This document shows, piece after piece, positions 1 through 11,910 of a DNA stretch of 64,000 bases (position 1 is its first letter; each line of letters starts with the position of its first letter). The DNA lies in contig CM102285.1 of NCBI GenBank assembly GCA_046563655.1, positions 7,378,001 through 7,442,000 of the forward strand, read 5' to 3'. This DNA comes from Yuukianura sp. NJ FZ-2021. Its lineage: Eukaryota. The position numbers and the translations under genes were made by a program. The notes beneath the pieces were generated by a model that worked only from the letters and a program-made list of their open reading frames with translations, did no database searches and had not been told where the DNA came from.

Positions 1-3000
1 TTCAAAAAACCTCAGTGCGGAACGATGCCGGGTGAAAATGACTTACTTTTCTGAACTCCTCCTGAAAAGTACTGCAGGACCCCAAGTTTAATTGGTGTGG
101 ATAGATCGCCATTAAAGCTGGATAGAGCGGACTTAAAAGTCGGGATTAATCGCTCCGCCTCGAATTTTATCTGGGGTTTTTATACCGCACCCAGGGTAAT
201 GCCGAGCACCATTTTGACGTAAAACGACTTAAATTGGTGAGAATAAACATGCAAATGTGAGAATGAACGAAAAGTAAATTACATTTTTGAAATCCTCATA
301 AAAAGTGCCACAGGTACACACTTTCACTTGTTGTGTTGTCCCTCATCTTGTTCCCTTTATTTATGAAAATTCATGTTTCAAAACAAAGAATTCAAAAGAA
401 ATGCATTCCTTAACGATGCTGGGTAAAAGTCAACTACATTTCTGAATTCCTCATAAAAAGTGCTACAGTAACCCACTTTCACTTGCTGTGTCGTCCCTCA
501 TCTTGTTACCTTTATTTATGAAAATTCATGTTTCAAAACAACAAATTCAAGAAAGTTGCACTCCGGAACGATACTGGGTAAAAGTCAACTACAGTTTTGA
601 AATCCTCATAAAAAAGGCTACATGAACCCAATTTCACTTGCTGTGTCGTCCCTCATCTCGTTACATTTATTTATGAAAATTTGTTTCAAAACAAAGCATT
701 CGAAAAACCTCAGTGCGGAACGATGCCGGGTGAAAATGACTTACTTTTCTGAACTCCTCCTGAAAAGTACTGCAGGACCCCAAGTTTAATTGGTGTGGAT
801 AGATCGCCATTAAAGCTGGATAGAGCGGACTTAAAAGTCGGGATTAATCGCTCCGCCTCGAATTTTATCTGGGGTATTTATACCGCACCCAGGGTAATGC
901 CGAGCACCATTTTGACGTAAAATGACTTAAATTGGTGAGAATGAACATGCAAATGTGAGAATGAACGAAAAGTAAATTACATTTTTGAAATCCTCATAAA
1001 AAGTGCCACAGGTACACACTGTCACTTGCTGTGTCGTCCCTCATCTTGTTCCCTTTATTTATGAAAATTCATGTTTCAAAACAAAGAATTCAAAAGAAAT
1101 GCATTCCGGAACGATGCTGGGTAAAAGTCAACTACATTTCTGAATTCCTCATAAAAAGTGCTACAGTAACCCACTTTCACTTGCTGTGTCGTCCCTCATC
1201 TTGTTACCTTTATTTATGAAAATTCATGTTTCAAAACAACAAATTCAAGAAAGTTGCACTCCGGAACGATACTGGGTAAAAGTCAACTACAGTTTTGAAA
1301 TCCTCATAAAAAAGGCTACATGAACCCAATTTCACTTGCTGTGTTGTCCCTCATCTCGTTACATTTATTTATGAAAATTTGTTTCAAAACAAAGCATTCG
1401 AAAAACCTCAGTGCGGAACGATGCCGGGTGAAAATGACTTACTTTTCTGAACTCCTCCTGAAAAGTACTGCAGGACCCCAAGTTTAATTGGTGTGGATAG
1501 ATCGCCATTAAAGCTGGATAGAGCGGACTTAAAAGTCGGGATTAATCGCTCCGCCTCGAATTTTATCTGGGGTTTTTATACTGCACCCAGGGTAATGCCG
1601 AGCACCATTTTGACGTAAAACGACTTAAATTGGTGAGAATGAACATGCAAATGTGAGAATGAACGAAAAGTAAATTACATTTTTGAAATCCTCATAAAAA
1701 GTGCCACAGGTACACACTTTCACTTGCTGTGTCGTCCCTCATCTTGTTCCCTTTATTTATGAAAATTCATGTTTCAAAACAAAGAATTCAAAAGAAATGC
1801 ATTCCGGAACGATGCTGGGTAAAAGTCAACTACATTTCTGAATTCCTCATAAAAAGTGCTACAGTAACCCACTTTCACTTGCTGTGTCGTCCCTCATCTT
1901 GTTACCTTTATTTATGAAAATTCATGTTTCAAAACAACAAATTCAAGAAAGTTGCACTCCGGAACGATACTGGGTAAAAGTCAACTACAGTTTTGAAATC
2001 CTCATAAAACAGGCTACATGAACCCAATTTCACTTGCTATGTCGTCCCTCATCTCGTTACTTTTATTTATGAAAATTTGTTTCAAAACAAAGCATTCGAA
2101 AAACCTCAGTGCGGAACGATGCCGGGCTAAAATGACTTACTTTTCTGAACTCCTCCTGAAAAGTACTGCAGGACCCCAAGTTTAATTGGTGTGGATAGAT
2201 CGCCTTTAAAGCTGGATAGAGCGGACTTGAAAGTCGGGATTAATCTATCCGCCTCGAATTTTATCTGGGGTTTTTTATACCGCACCCAGGGTAATGCCGA
2301 GCACCATTTTGACGTAAATCGACTTAAATTGGTGAGAATGAACATGCAAATGTGAGAAAGAACGAAAAGTAAATTACATTTTTGAAATCCTCATAAAAAG
2401 TGCTACAGTAACCCACTTTCACTTGCTGTGTCGTCCCTCATCTTGTTACCTTTATTTATGAAAATTCATGTTTCAAAACAACAAATTCAAGAAAGTTGCA
2501 CTCCGGAACGATACTGGGTAAAAGTCAACTACAGTTTTGAAATCCTCATAAAAAGGGCTACATGAACCCAATTTCACTTGCTGTGTCGTCCCTCATCTCG
2601 TTACATTTATTTATGAAAATTTGTTTCAAAACAAAGCATTCGAAAAACCTCAGTGCGGAACGATGCCGGGTGAAAATGACTTACTTTTCTGAACTCCTCC
2701 TGAAAAGTACTGCAGGACCCCAAGTTTAATTGGTGTGGATAGATCGCCATTAAAGCTGGATAGAGCGGACTTAAAAGTCGGGATTAATCGCTCCGCCTCG
2801 AATTTTATCTGGGGTTTTTATACCGCACCCAGGGTAATGCCGAGCACCATTTTGACGTAAAATGACTTAAATTGGTGAGAATGAACATGCAAATGTGAGA
2901 ATGAACGAAAAGTAAATTACATTTTTGAAATCCTCATAAAAAGTGCCACAGGTACACACTGTCACTTGCTGTGTCGTCCCTCATCTTGTTCCCTTTATTT

Positions 3001-6000
3001 ATGAAAATTCATGTTTCAAAACAAAGAATTCAAAAGAAATGCATTAGGGAACGATGCTGGGTAAAAGTCAACTACATTTCTGAATTCCTCATAAAAAGTG
3101 CTACAGTAACCCACTTTCACTTGCTGTGTCGTCCCTCATCTTGTTACCTTTATTTATGAAAATTCATGTTTCAAAACAACAAATTCAAGAAAGTTGCACT
3201 CCGGAACGATACTGGGTAAAAGTCAACTACAGTTTTGAAATCCTCATAAAAAAGGCTACATGAACCCAATTTCACTTGCTGTGTCGTCCCTCATCTCGTT
3301 ACTTTTATTTATGAAAATTTGTTTCAAAACAAAGCATTCGAAAAACCTCAGTGCGGAACGATGCCGGGTGAAAATGACTTACTTTTCTGAACTCCTCCTG
3401 AAAAGTACTGCAGGACCCCAAGTTTAATTGGTGTGGATAGATCGCCATTAAAGCTGGATAGAGCGGACTTGAAAGTCGGGATTAATCTATCCGCCTCGAA
3501 TTTTATTTGGGGTTTTTATACCGCACCCAGGGTAATGCCGAGCACCATTTTGACGTAAAACGACTTAAATTTGTGAGAATGAACAGGCAAATGTGAGAAT
3601 GAACGAAAAGTAAATTACATTTTTGAAATCCTCATAAAAAGTGCTACAGGTACACACTTTCACTTGCTGTGTCGTCCCTCATCTTGTTCCCTTTATTTAT
3701 GAAAATTCATGTTTCAAAACAAAGAATTCAAAAGAAATGCATTCCGGAACGATGCTGGGTAAAAGTCAACTACATTTCTGAATTCCTCATAAAAAGTGCT
3801 ACGCAACCCACTTTCACTTGCTGTGTCGTCCCTCATCTTGTTCCCTTTATTTATGAAAACTCATGTTTCAAAACAAAGAATTCAAGAAAGTTGCACTCCG
3901 GAACGATACTGGGTAAAAGTCAACTACAGTTTTGAAATCCTCATAAAAAAGGCTACATGAACCCAATTTCACTTGCTGTGTCGTTGTCGTCCCTCATCTC
4001 GTTACTTTTATTTATGAAAATTTGTTTCAAAACAAAGCATTCGAAAAACCTCAGTGCGGAACGATGCCGGGTGAAAATGACTTACTTTTCTGAACTCCTC
4101 CTGAAAAGTACTGCAGGACCCCAAGTTTAATTGGTGTGGATAGATCGCCATTAAAGCTGGATAGAGCGGACTTGAAAGTCGGGATTAATCTATCCGCCTC
4201 GAATTTTATTTGGGGTTTTTATACCGCACCCAGGGTAATGCCGAGCACCATTTTGACGTAAAACGACTTAAATTTGTGAGAATGAACAGGCAAATGTGAG
4301 AATGAACGAAAAGTAAATTACATTTTTGAAATCCTCATAAAAAGTGCTACAGGTACACACTTTCACTTGCTGTGTCGTCCCTCATCTTGTTCCCTTTATT
4401 TATGAAAATTCATGTTTCAAAACAAAGAATTCAAAAGAAATGCATTCCGGAACGATGCTGGGTAAAAGTCAACTACATTTCTGAATTCCTCATAAAAAGT
4501 GCTACAGTAACCCACTTTCACTTGCTGTGTCGTCCCTCATCTTGTTACCTTTATTTATGAAAATTCATGTTTCAAAACAACAAATTCAAGAAAGTTGCAC
4601 TCCGGAACGATACTGGGTAAAAGTCAACTACAGTTTTGAAATCCTCATAAAAAAGGCTACATGAACCCAATTTCACTTGCTGTGTCGTTGTCGTCCCTCA
4701 TCTCGTTACTTTTATTTATGAAAATTTGTTTCAAAACAAAGCATTCGAAAAACCTCAGTGCGGAACGATGCCGGGTGAAAATGACTTACTTTTCTGAACT
4801 CCTCCTGAAAAGTACTGCAGGACCCCAAGTTTAATTGGTGTGGATAGATCGCCATTAAAGCTGGATAGAGCGGACTTGAAAGTCGGGATTAATCTATCCG
4901 CCTCGAATTTTATTTGGGGTTTTTATACCGCACCCAGGGTAATGCCGAGCACCATTTTGACGTAAAACGACTTAAATTTGTGAGAATGAACAGGCAAATG
5001 TGAGAATGAACGAAAAGTAAATTACATTTTTGAAATCCTCATAAAAAGTGCTACAGGTACACACTTTCACTTGCTGTGTCGTCCCTCATCTTGTTCCCTT
5101 TATTTATGAAAATTCATGTTTCAAAACAAAGAATTCAAAAGAAATGCATTCCGGAACGATGCTGGGTAAAAGTCAACTACATTTCTGAATTCCTCATAAA
5201 AAGTGCTACAGTAACCCACTTTCACTTGCTGTGTCGTCCCTCATCTTGTTACCTTTATTTATGAAAATTCATGTTTCAAAACAACAAATTCAAGAAAGTT
5301 GCACTCCGGAACGATACTGGGTAAAAGTCAACTACAGTTTTGAAATCCTCATAAAAAAGGCTACATGAACCCAATTTCACTTGCTGTGTCGTCCCTCATC
5401 TCGTTACTTTTATTTATGAAAATTTGTTTCAAAACAAAGCATTCGAAAAACCTCAGTGCGGAACGATGCCGGGTGAAAATGACTTACTTTTCTGAACTCC
5501 TCCTGAAAAGTACTGCAGGACCCCAAGTTTAATTGGTGTGGATAGATCGCCATTAAAGCTGGATAGAGCGGACTTGAAAGTCGGGATTAATCTATCCGCC
5601 TCAAATTTTATCTGGGGTTTTTATACCGCACCCAGGGTAATGCCGAGCACCATTTTGACGTAAAACGACTTAAATTTGTGAGAATGAACAGGCAAATGTG
5701 AGAATGAACGAAAAGTAAATTACATTTTTGAAATCCTCATAAAAAGTGCCACAGGTACACACTTTCACTTGCTGTGTCGTACCTCATCTTGTTCCCTTTA
5801 TTTATGAAAATTCATGTTTCAAAACAAAGAATTCAAAAGAAATGCATTCCTTAACGATGCTGGGTAAAAGTCAACTACATTTCTGAATTCCTCATAAAAA
5901 GTGCTACAGTAACCCACTTTCACTTGCTGTGTCGTCCCTCATCTTGTTACCTTTATTTATGAAAATTCATGTTTCAAAACAACAAATTCAAGAAAGTTGC

Positions 6001-7831
6001 ACTCCGGAACGATACTGGGTAAAAGTCAACTACAGTTTTGAAATCCTCATAAAAAAGGCTACATGAACCCAATTTCACTTGCTGTGTTGTCCCTCATCTC
6101 GTTACATTTATTTATGAAAATTTGTTTCAAAACAAAGCATTCGAAAAACCTCAGTGCGGAACGATGCCGGGTGAAAATGACTTACTTTTCTGAACTCCTC
6201 CTGAAAAGTACTGCAGGACCCCAAGTTTAATTGGTGTGGATAGATCGCCATTAAAGCTGGATAGAGCGGACTTAAAAGTCGGGATTAATCGCTCCGCCTC
6301 GAATTTTATCTGGGGTTTTTATACCGCACCCAGGGTAATGCCGAGCACCATTTTGACGTAAAACGACTTAAATTGGTGAGAATGAACATGCAAATGTGAG
6401 AATGAACGAAAAGTAAATTACATTTTTGAAATCCTCATAAAAAGTGCCACAGGTACACACTTTCACTTGCTGTGTCGTCCCTCATCTTGTTCCCTTTATT
6501 TATGAAAATTCATGTTTCAAAACAAAGAATTCAAAAGAAATGCATTCCGGAACGATGCTGGGTAAAAGTCAACTACATTTCTGAATTCCTCATAAAAAGT
6601 GCTACAGTAACCCACTTTCACTTGCTGTGTCGTCCCTCATCTTGTTACCTTTATTTATGAAAATTCATGTTTCAAAACAACAAATTCAAGAAAGTTGCAC
6701 TCCGGAACGATACTGGGTAAAAGTCAACTACAGTTTTGAAATCCTCATAAAACAGGCTACATGAACCCAATTTCACTTGCTATGTCGTCCCTCATCTCGT
6801 TACTTTTATTTATGAAAATTTGTTTCAAAACAAAGCATTCGAAAAACCTCAGTGCGGAACGATGCCGGGCTAAAATGACTTACTTTTCTGAACTCCTCCT
6901 GAAAAGTACTGCAGGACCCCAAGTTTAATTGGTGTGGATAGATCGCCTTTAAAGCTGGATAGAGCGGACTTGAAAGTCGGGATTAATCTATCCGCCTCGA
7001 ATTTTATCTGGGGTTTTTTATACCGCACCCAGGGTAATGCCGAGCACCATTTTGACGTAAATCGACTTAAATTGGTGAGAATGAACATGCAAATGTGAGA
7101 AAGAACGAAAAGTAAATTACATTTTTGAAATCCTCATAAAAAGTGCCATAGGTACACACTTTCACTTGCTGTGTTGTCCCTCATCTTGTTCCCTTTATTT
7201 ATGAAAATTCATGTTTCAAAACAAAGAATTCAAAAGAAATGCATTCCTTAACGATGCTGGGTAAAAGTTAACTACTTTTCTGAATTCCTCATAAAAAGTG
7301 CTACAGTCACCCACTTTCACTTGCTGTGTCGTCCCTCATCTTGTTACCTTTATTTATGAAAATTCATGTTTCAAAACAACAAATTCAAGAAAGTTGCACT
7401 CCGGAACGATACTGGGTAAAAGTCAACTACAGTTTTGAAATCCTCATAAAAAAGGCTACATGAACCCAATTTCACTTGCTGTGTCGTCCCTCATCTTGTT
7501 CCCTTTATTTATGAAAATTCATGTTTCAAAACAAAGAATTCAAAAGAAATGCATTCCGGAACGATGCTGGGTAAAAGTCAACTACATTTCTGAATTCCTC
7601 ATAAAAAGTGCTACAGTAACCCACTTTCACTTGCTGTGTCGTCCCTCATCTTGTTACCTTTATTTATGAAAATTCATGTTTCAAAACAACAAATTCAAGA
7701 AAGTTGCACTCCGGAACGATACTGGGTAAAAGTCAACTACAGTTTTGAAATCCTCATAAAACAGGCTACATGAACCCAATTTCACTTGCTATGTCGTCCC
7801 TCATCTCGTTACTTTTGTTTATGAAAATTTG
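1..7831. repeat. Higher-order satellite array, left block (~698-bp unit = 3 x ~154-bp monomers + ~200-bp spacer)
   Basis: CAGTGCGGAACGATGCC recurs at 13, 711, 1409 (period 698). The monomer motif TTTCACTTG..CCCTCATC recurs at ~154-bp spacing. Units are near identical, with occasional monomer gain or loss. Confidence 0.97.
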
Positions 7832-8581
7832 TGTTTGTGACTCGGTCACTTGAAGGACCTAACCTGAGCTGTCAATTGTAGGAATAAAGCAAAATGGCGG
7901 AACACAAGACAGATCCAATTTTATGAGCACTTTATTTGCTCAAGTCTTTAGATTATTAATTAAAACAAGTTGTGGTCACACACACAGACAGACAGGAGGG
8001 AACAGACAGGAGATGTTGGTGGCTCAGTGGCTGAACAGACTCTCTCGGTGAAGCACAAGACTCCACATCAATGTCCAGGAGAAGCCTGGACATGTCCACG
8101 CCAATGTCAAAGCTCACTTTGACCTTGGCGTCTCACTCTTTTTTATGCACTCACAACCTGCCTCTGGTTGACTCACAAAGTCAACCAATGACAGGCTGCA
8201 AATCAACCACAGCTACAAACACTCCCACCTGATGTACGCAGTACATCACGCTAAACTAAATCCTAATTACCTAAATGGGTACTTAGGAGCACTGAAATCT
8301 TCTTGAGGGGGAAGCTAAGGGGACTCTGGAACCTACTTGAGGGGAAATATTTTTTAACTAAAATTTAGACCTAATTTTAGAAAAAAGATGAATTTTTTAG
8401 AATTGAATTTCTAACGAGAAAGGAAAACTACAACTAAAATTGAACTGAATTTTAGAAAAACAGGAAGTTTTAGAACAAAATTCTAAAGGAAAAGAAGTTT
8501 ATAACTAAAATTTAGAACTAAATCTTCGAAATAGGGGAACTCAAACACTCACACAATCAAATAATTAGTATTTGAAGTAAC

Positions 8582-11500
8582 TTATGATTTATACGCATAC
8601 GTATAAGTACCATCGTCGATCGGGAGAGGGGAAACCTTGACAATGGGACGGTTGTAAGTCTTGATGGTGACGTTTCCCTTGGCGTCAGTCACAGGAACAT
8701 TGACATCGCAAACTCGGACGAGGTTGTCCTTTCCAGGGTTGACTGCAGCAATTCGTCCCAATGTCCATTTCTGTTGTCCGAGATCCGAGTCGCTGTCGTT
8801 CAGCAAAACCAAAGTTCCTACTCCAAGGTTCTCCTGCTCTGCAAACCATTTTGGTGTCTTCTGAAGGCTCTGGAGGTACTGGGACGACCAACGACGGTTA
8901 AAATGCTGCGCCATTTGCTGGACATGTTGCCAGCGTGTCAATTGATGAACCTTGTACCCGTCCAGGTTCTCCTGTGGTGCAGCCTTCAAGGATCGTCCAA
9001 TTAGGAAATGTCCGGGGGTGAGGGCTGAGAAGTCGTTGGCATCTGATGACATTGGGGTCAAAGGTCGAGAGTTGAGGGTTGCCTCGATTCTTTTGAGGAG
9101 GGTCCAGAACTCTTCAATTGAAAGTCGCCTGTCACCAGCAACACGATGGAGATGAGTCTTCATCGATTTGACTCCAGCTTCAAAGATTCCGCCAAAATGT
9201 GGAGCATAGGGTGGATTAATGACAAATTCCACATTTTGATCCACGAAAAACTTTGACACTTGGTCAACATGAGATGTGGAAGTGACGAACTGCTGGAATT
9301 CTTCGATTTCATTTTTGGCACCAAGAAAGTTTCTCCCACCATCACACAAAATTTTTGAGGGACAGCCTCGGGTGGACACGAAACGATCAAATGCGCTTAA
9401 GAACGCGGGTGTGGACAGGTCACTTACGAACTCGAGGTGGATTGCTTTGACTGCTAAACAGACAAACACTGCCACGTATGCTTTTAGCAGTCTCGGGTTG
9501 CGTCCAGGAGTTGCATTGACGTGAAATGCACCAGCATAGTCAACTCCGACGTGGGTGAATGGTAAGGTTGGGGTCACTCGTGACATTGGTAATTGGCCCA
9601 TCTTCTGTCCCAACACTTTAGGACTGACCTTATGACATGTGATGCACTTCCGTACAACTGACGAGCAAACCTTTGGTCCATTTGGAATCCAAAACTTGTC
9701 ACGAACGAGAGAAAGGAGCAGTTGGGGTCCAGGATGGTTGTTCGATTGGTGCAGATGTCTGACGATACAAATAGTAAAATGGTGGTGGCGAGGAAGTAGG
9801 ATTGGATGCTTCTGGTCATAGGACCAGAAACTATGACGCAGTCTCCCTCCCACCCGTAAAATACCGTTTGCGTCGATAAACGGTGTGAGGGATTTTACGG
9901 TACTTGGAGAGGTCTTTTTCCTCTTACACCAATCCAATTCACTGGCAAACGTTTCTGATTGGACACAACGGACGAGAATGATGAGGGCTTGGTCCAATTC
10001 TTTTACAGTCAATGGTCCAATCACACTTTCACTATTTGGATGTAAATTGTTTATGTAGCGCATCCACACTGCTACATATCGTTTCATATTTTGAAACGAG
10101 TCACACTTTTGGATAAATGCTCCCACCGTCTCAAAAAACCAATTGGATGGAGTAACTACTTGAGATGTATTGTTGGTGGTAGCCATGGGAGCGGATTTTT
10201 GTAGCCATTCTGGACCATGTAGCCACAATGGATGTTTCAAAAACTGGAATACGGTAATTCCACGTGAAGCACAATCCGCTGGATTTTCATCACCATCAAC
10301 ATGATGCCAATTAGCAGAGGGGAGGAGCGATAAAATTTTTCGCACACGATTATGAACAAAAACGTCCAATTTTTTGTCTGAATTGATCCAGTTCAGCACA
10401 CAGGTGGAATCACACCAGCAGTTGATGGACGAAATGTGGAGTTGAACTGAAGAAATGACGGTTGTCATTAATTTGGCCAACAACACTGCTCCACATAGTT
10501 CCAAACGGGGAATTGTTTCTCCTTTCACTGGAGCGACACAAGTTTTTGCACAAAGGAGATTAACAATTGGAGGAACGGTACTTGAAAACACTTTCAAGTA
10601 AACACAGGCAGAATATGCTGAGATACTGGCATCACAAAAACCGTGGAGTTCGAATTCGGTTGAAGTAAGGTTGGAGTGTACGACACACCTTGGAACAAAA
10701 AACGAATTTAGACGGACGATGTCGATTGTATAGTTGTACCATTCGTCCAACAAATCGTCCGGAAGTGGAGAGTCCCAGTCCAGATTCGCCTTCCACAATT
10801 TTTGCATGAGGATCTTTGGACGAATGATGACGGGTGACAACCAGCCCAAAGGATCAAAAATCCTGGCAATGCTGGAAAGAACTTTTCGTTTTGTCGTGAC
10901 GACTGGAATTTGTCCAGGAAACTTGGAAGTTGAATTGGAGTGGAGATTGGAATTCAATTTCACACTGAAAGTGTCAAGAGACGGATTCCACAGTAATCCG
11001 ATTGTTTTCACTGTTCCGTCTTCTGTAATTTCGAGGGTGTGACTTTTCGCCTGATTTTCGGAAGTGACAGATGAAACGACGATTGGACTGTTCGAAGTCC
11101 ATTTTCGCAGTTGTAATTTCCCGATTTCCATGACACTGAGCAGTTCTTGTTGTAGTTTGATTGCCTCTTCAACGGAAGGGGCGCCAGACAATAAATTGTC
11201 CACGAGGAACTGAGTCTTGATGACATGGCATGCGGATGGAAATTGTTCAAAGTTATCATCTGCCAACTGGTGGAGACAACGAATGGCTAGAAAAGGAGCG
11301 GGGGCAACACCAAATGTCACTCGGGTCATTTTCATATCCATCACTGGGTCAACTGGAGACGGACGGTAGAGTAGACGTTGATAGTCATTGACATCACTAT
11401 GAACAGAAAAACAGTTGTAAAATTTAGTGATGTCAGCAGACATAGCTACAATATGTGTGCGAAAATGGAGTAACAAAGGAACCAGATCAACTTGAAGTTT

Positions 11501-11590
11501 AGGACCAGTGTGTAAAACATTGTTGAGCGAAAGTCCATTTGATGACTTGGCACTGGCATCAAAAACAATTCTGTACTTGGTGGTGCTGCT
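8582..11590 (-). CDS. BEL/Pao pol (partial RT, Pao RNase H region, integrase, DUF5641-like C-terminus); 5'-truncated by deletion
   Basis: Motifs TTKYRIVFDAS..SLN..GPKLQ, ADITKFY, RVTFG, LVDN, FDPLG, LHGFCDAS, TIPRLEL, NPAD.ASRG, LRVGGRL, H..H-C..C zinc finger, GVDYAG, CDGGRNF, APHFGGIFE, LTPGHFLIG. Pol homology extends ~115 bp upstream of the listed ORF start. Confidence 0.93.
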   Translation of the reverse strand, partial: SSTTKYRIVFDASAKSSNGLSLNNVLHTGPKLQVDLVPLLLHFRTHIVAMSADITKFYNCFSVHSDVNDYQRLLYRPSPVDPVMDMKMTRVTFGVAPAPFLAIRCLHQLADDNFEQFPSACHVIKTQFLVDNLLSGAPSVEEAIKLQQELLSVMEIGKLQLRKWTSNSPIVVSSVTSENQAKSHTLEITEDGTVKTIGLLWNPSLDTFSVKLNSNLHSNSTSKFPGQIPVVTTKRKVLSSIARIFDPLGWLSPVIIRPKILMQKLWKANLDWDSPLPDDLLDEWYNYTIDIVRLNSFFVPRCVVHSNLTSTEFELHGFCDASISAYSACVYLKVFSSTVPPIVNLLCAKTCVAPVKGETIPRLELCGAVLLAKLMTTVISSVQLHISSINCWCDSTCVLNWINSDKKLDVFVHNRVRKILSLLPSANWHHVDGDENPADCASRGITVFQFLKHPLWLHGPEWLQKSAPMATTNNTSQVVTPSNWFFETVGAFIQKCDSFQNMKRYVAVWMRYINNLHPNSESVIGPLTVKELDQALIILVRCVQSETFASELDWCKRKKTSPSTVKSLTPFIDANGILRVGGRLRHSFWSYDQKHPILLPRHHHFTICIVRHLHQSNNHPGPQLLLSLVRDKFWIPNGPKVCSSVVRKCITCHKVSPKVLGQKMGQLPMSRVTPTLPFTHVGVDYAGAFHVNATPGRNPRLLKAYVAVFVCLAVKAIHLEFVSDLSTPAFLSAFDRFVSTRGCPSKILCDGGRNFLGAKNEIEEFQQFVTSTSHVDQVSKFFVDQNVEFVINPPYAPHFGGIFEAGVKSMKTHLHRVAGDRRLSIEEFWTLLKRIEATLNSRPLTPMSSDANDFSALTPGHFLIGRSLKAAPQENLDGYKVHQLTRWQHVQQMAQHFNRRWSSQYLQSLQKTPKWFAEQENLGVGTLVLLNDSDSDLGQQKWTLGRIAAVNPGKDNLVRVCDVNVPVTDAKGNVTIKTYNRPIVKVSPLPIDDGTYTYAYKS

Positions 11591-11910
11591 TTGTTGGATT
11601 CCATTCTCTTCCGGTGGATTTCTCCCACCTTCACGAGAATGGAAAATACGGAATTTTCTAAAGTCGTCAGGGATTCGCCCAACTCAGCTTTGGTCTTGTC
11701 TTCATCGTCGGGGAGACTAAACCACCTCCTTCGAAGACCTTTGACCTCGGCTTGAAGCTCCTTCACCTCGTCCCATGTTAGTTGGATTTCCGCCGTTGTC
11801 ACAGATCTGCCGGGAGTCAGCCATCCACCATAGCGATTTTGGTACGTGAGGATTGAGTTGGATGAGAAGGCAATATCGGATCCCAACATGTCGATTTCTG
11901 ACTTGACCAT
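11590..11910 (-). pseudogene. N-terminal gag fragment of the BEL element, joined out of frame to mid-RT
   Basis: ATG ORF (MVKSEIDML...) with coiled-coil character directly after the leader. The sequence switches to the pol frame near AGCAGCACCACC (~11590). No zinc knuckles or protease motif remain. Confidence 0.7.

Noticed and set aside
320..350. Hammerhead ribozyme in the satellite monomer (minus strand GATGAG...TGAAA)
   Set aside because: The CUGA core is absent (AAGATGAG) and no stem II is evident.
8661..11259. Short antisense and alternate-frame ORFs within pol
   Set aside because: Shadows of the long pol frame.
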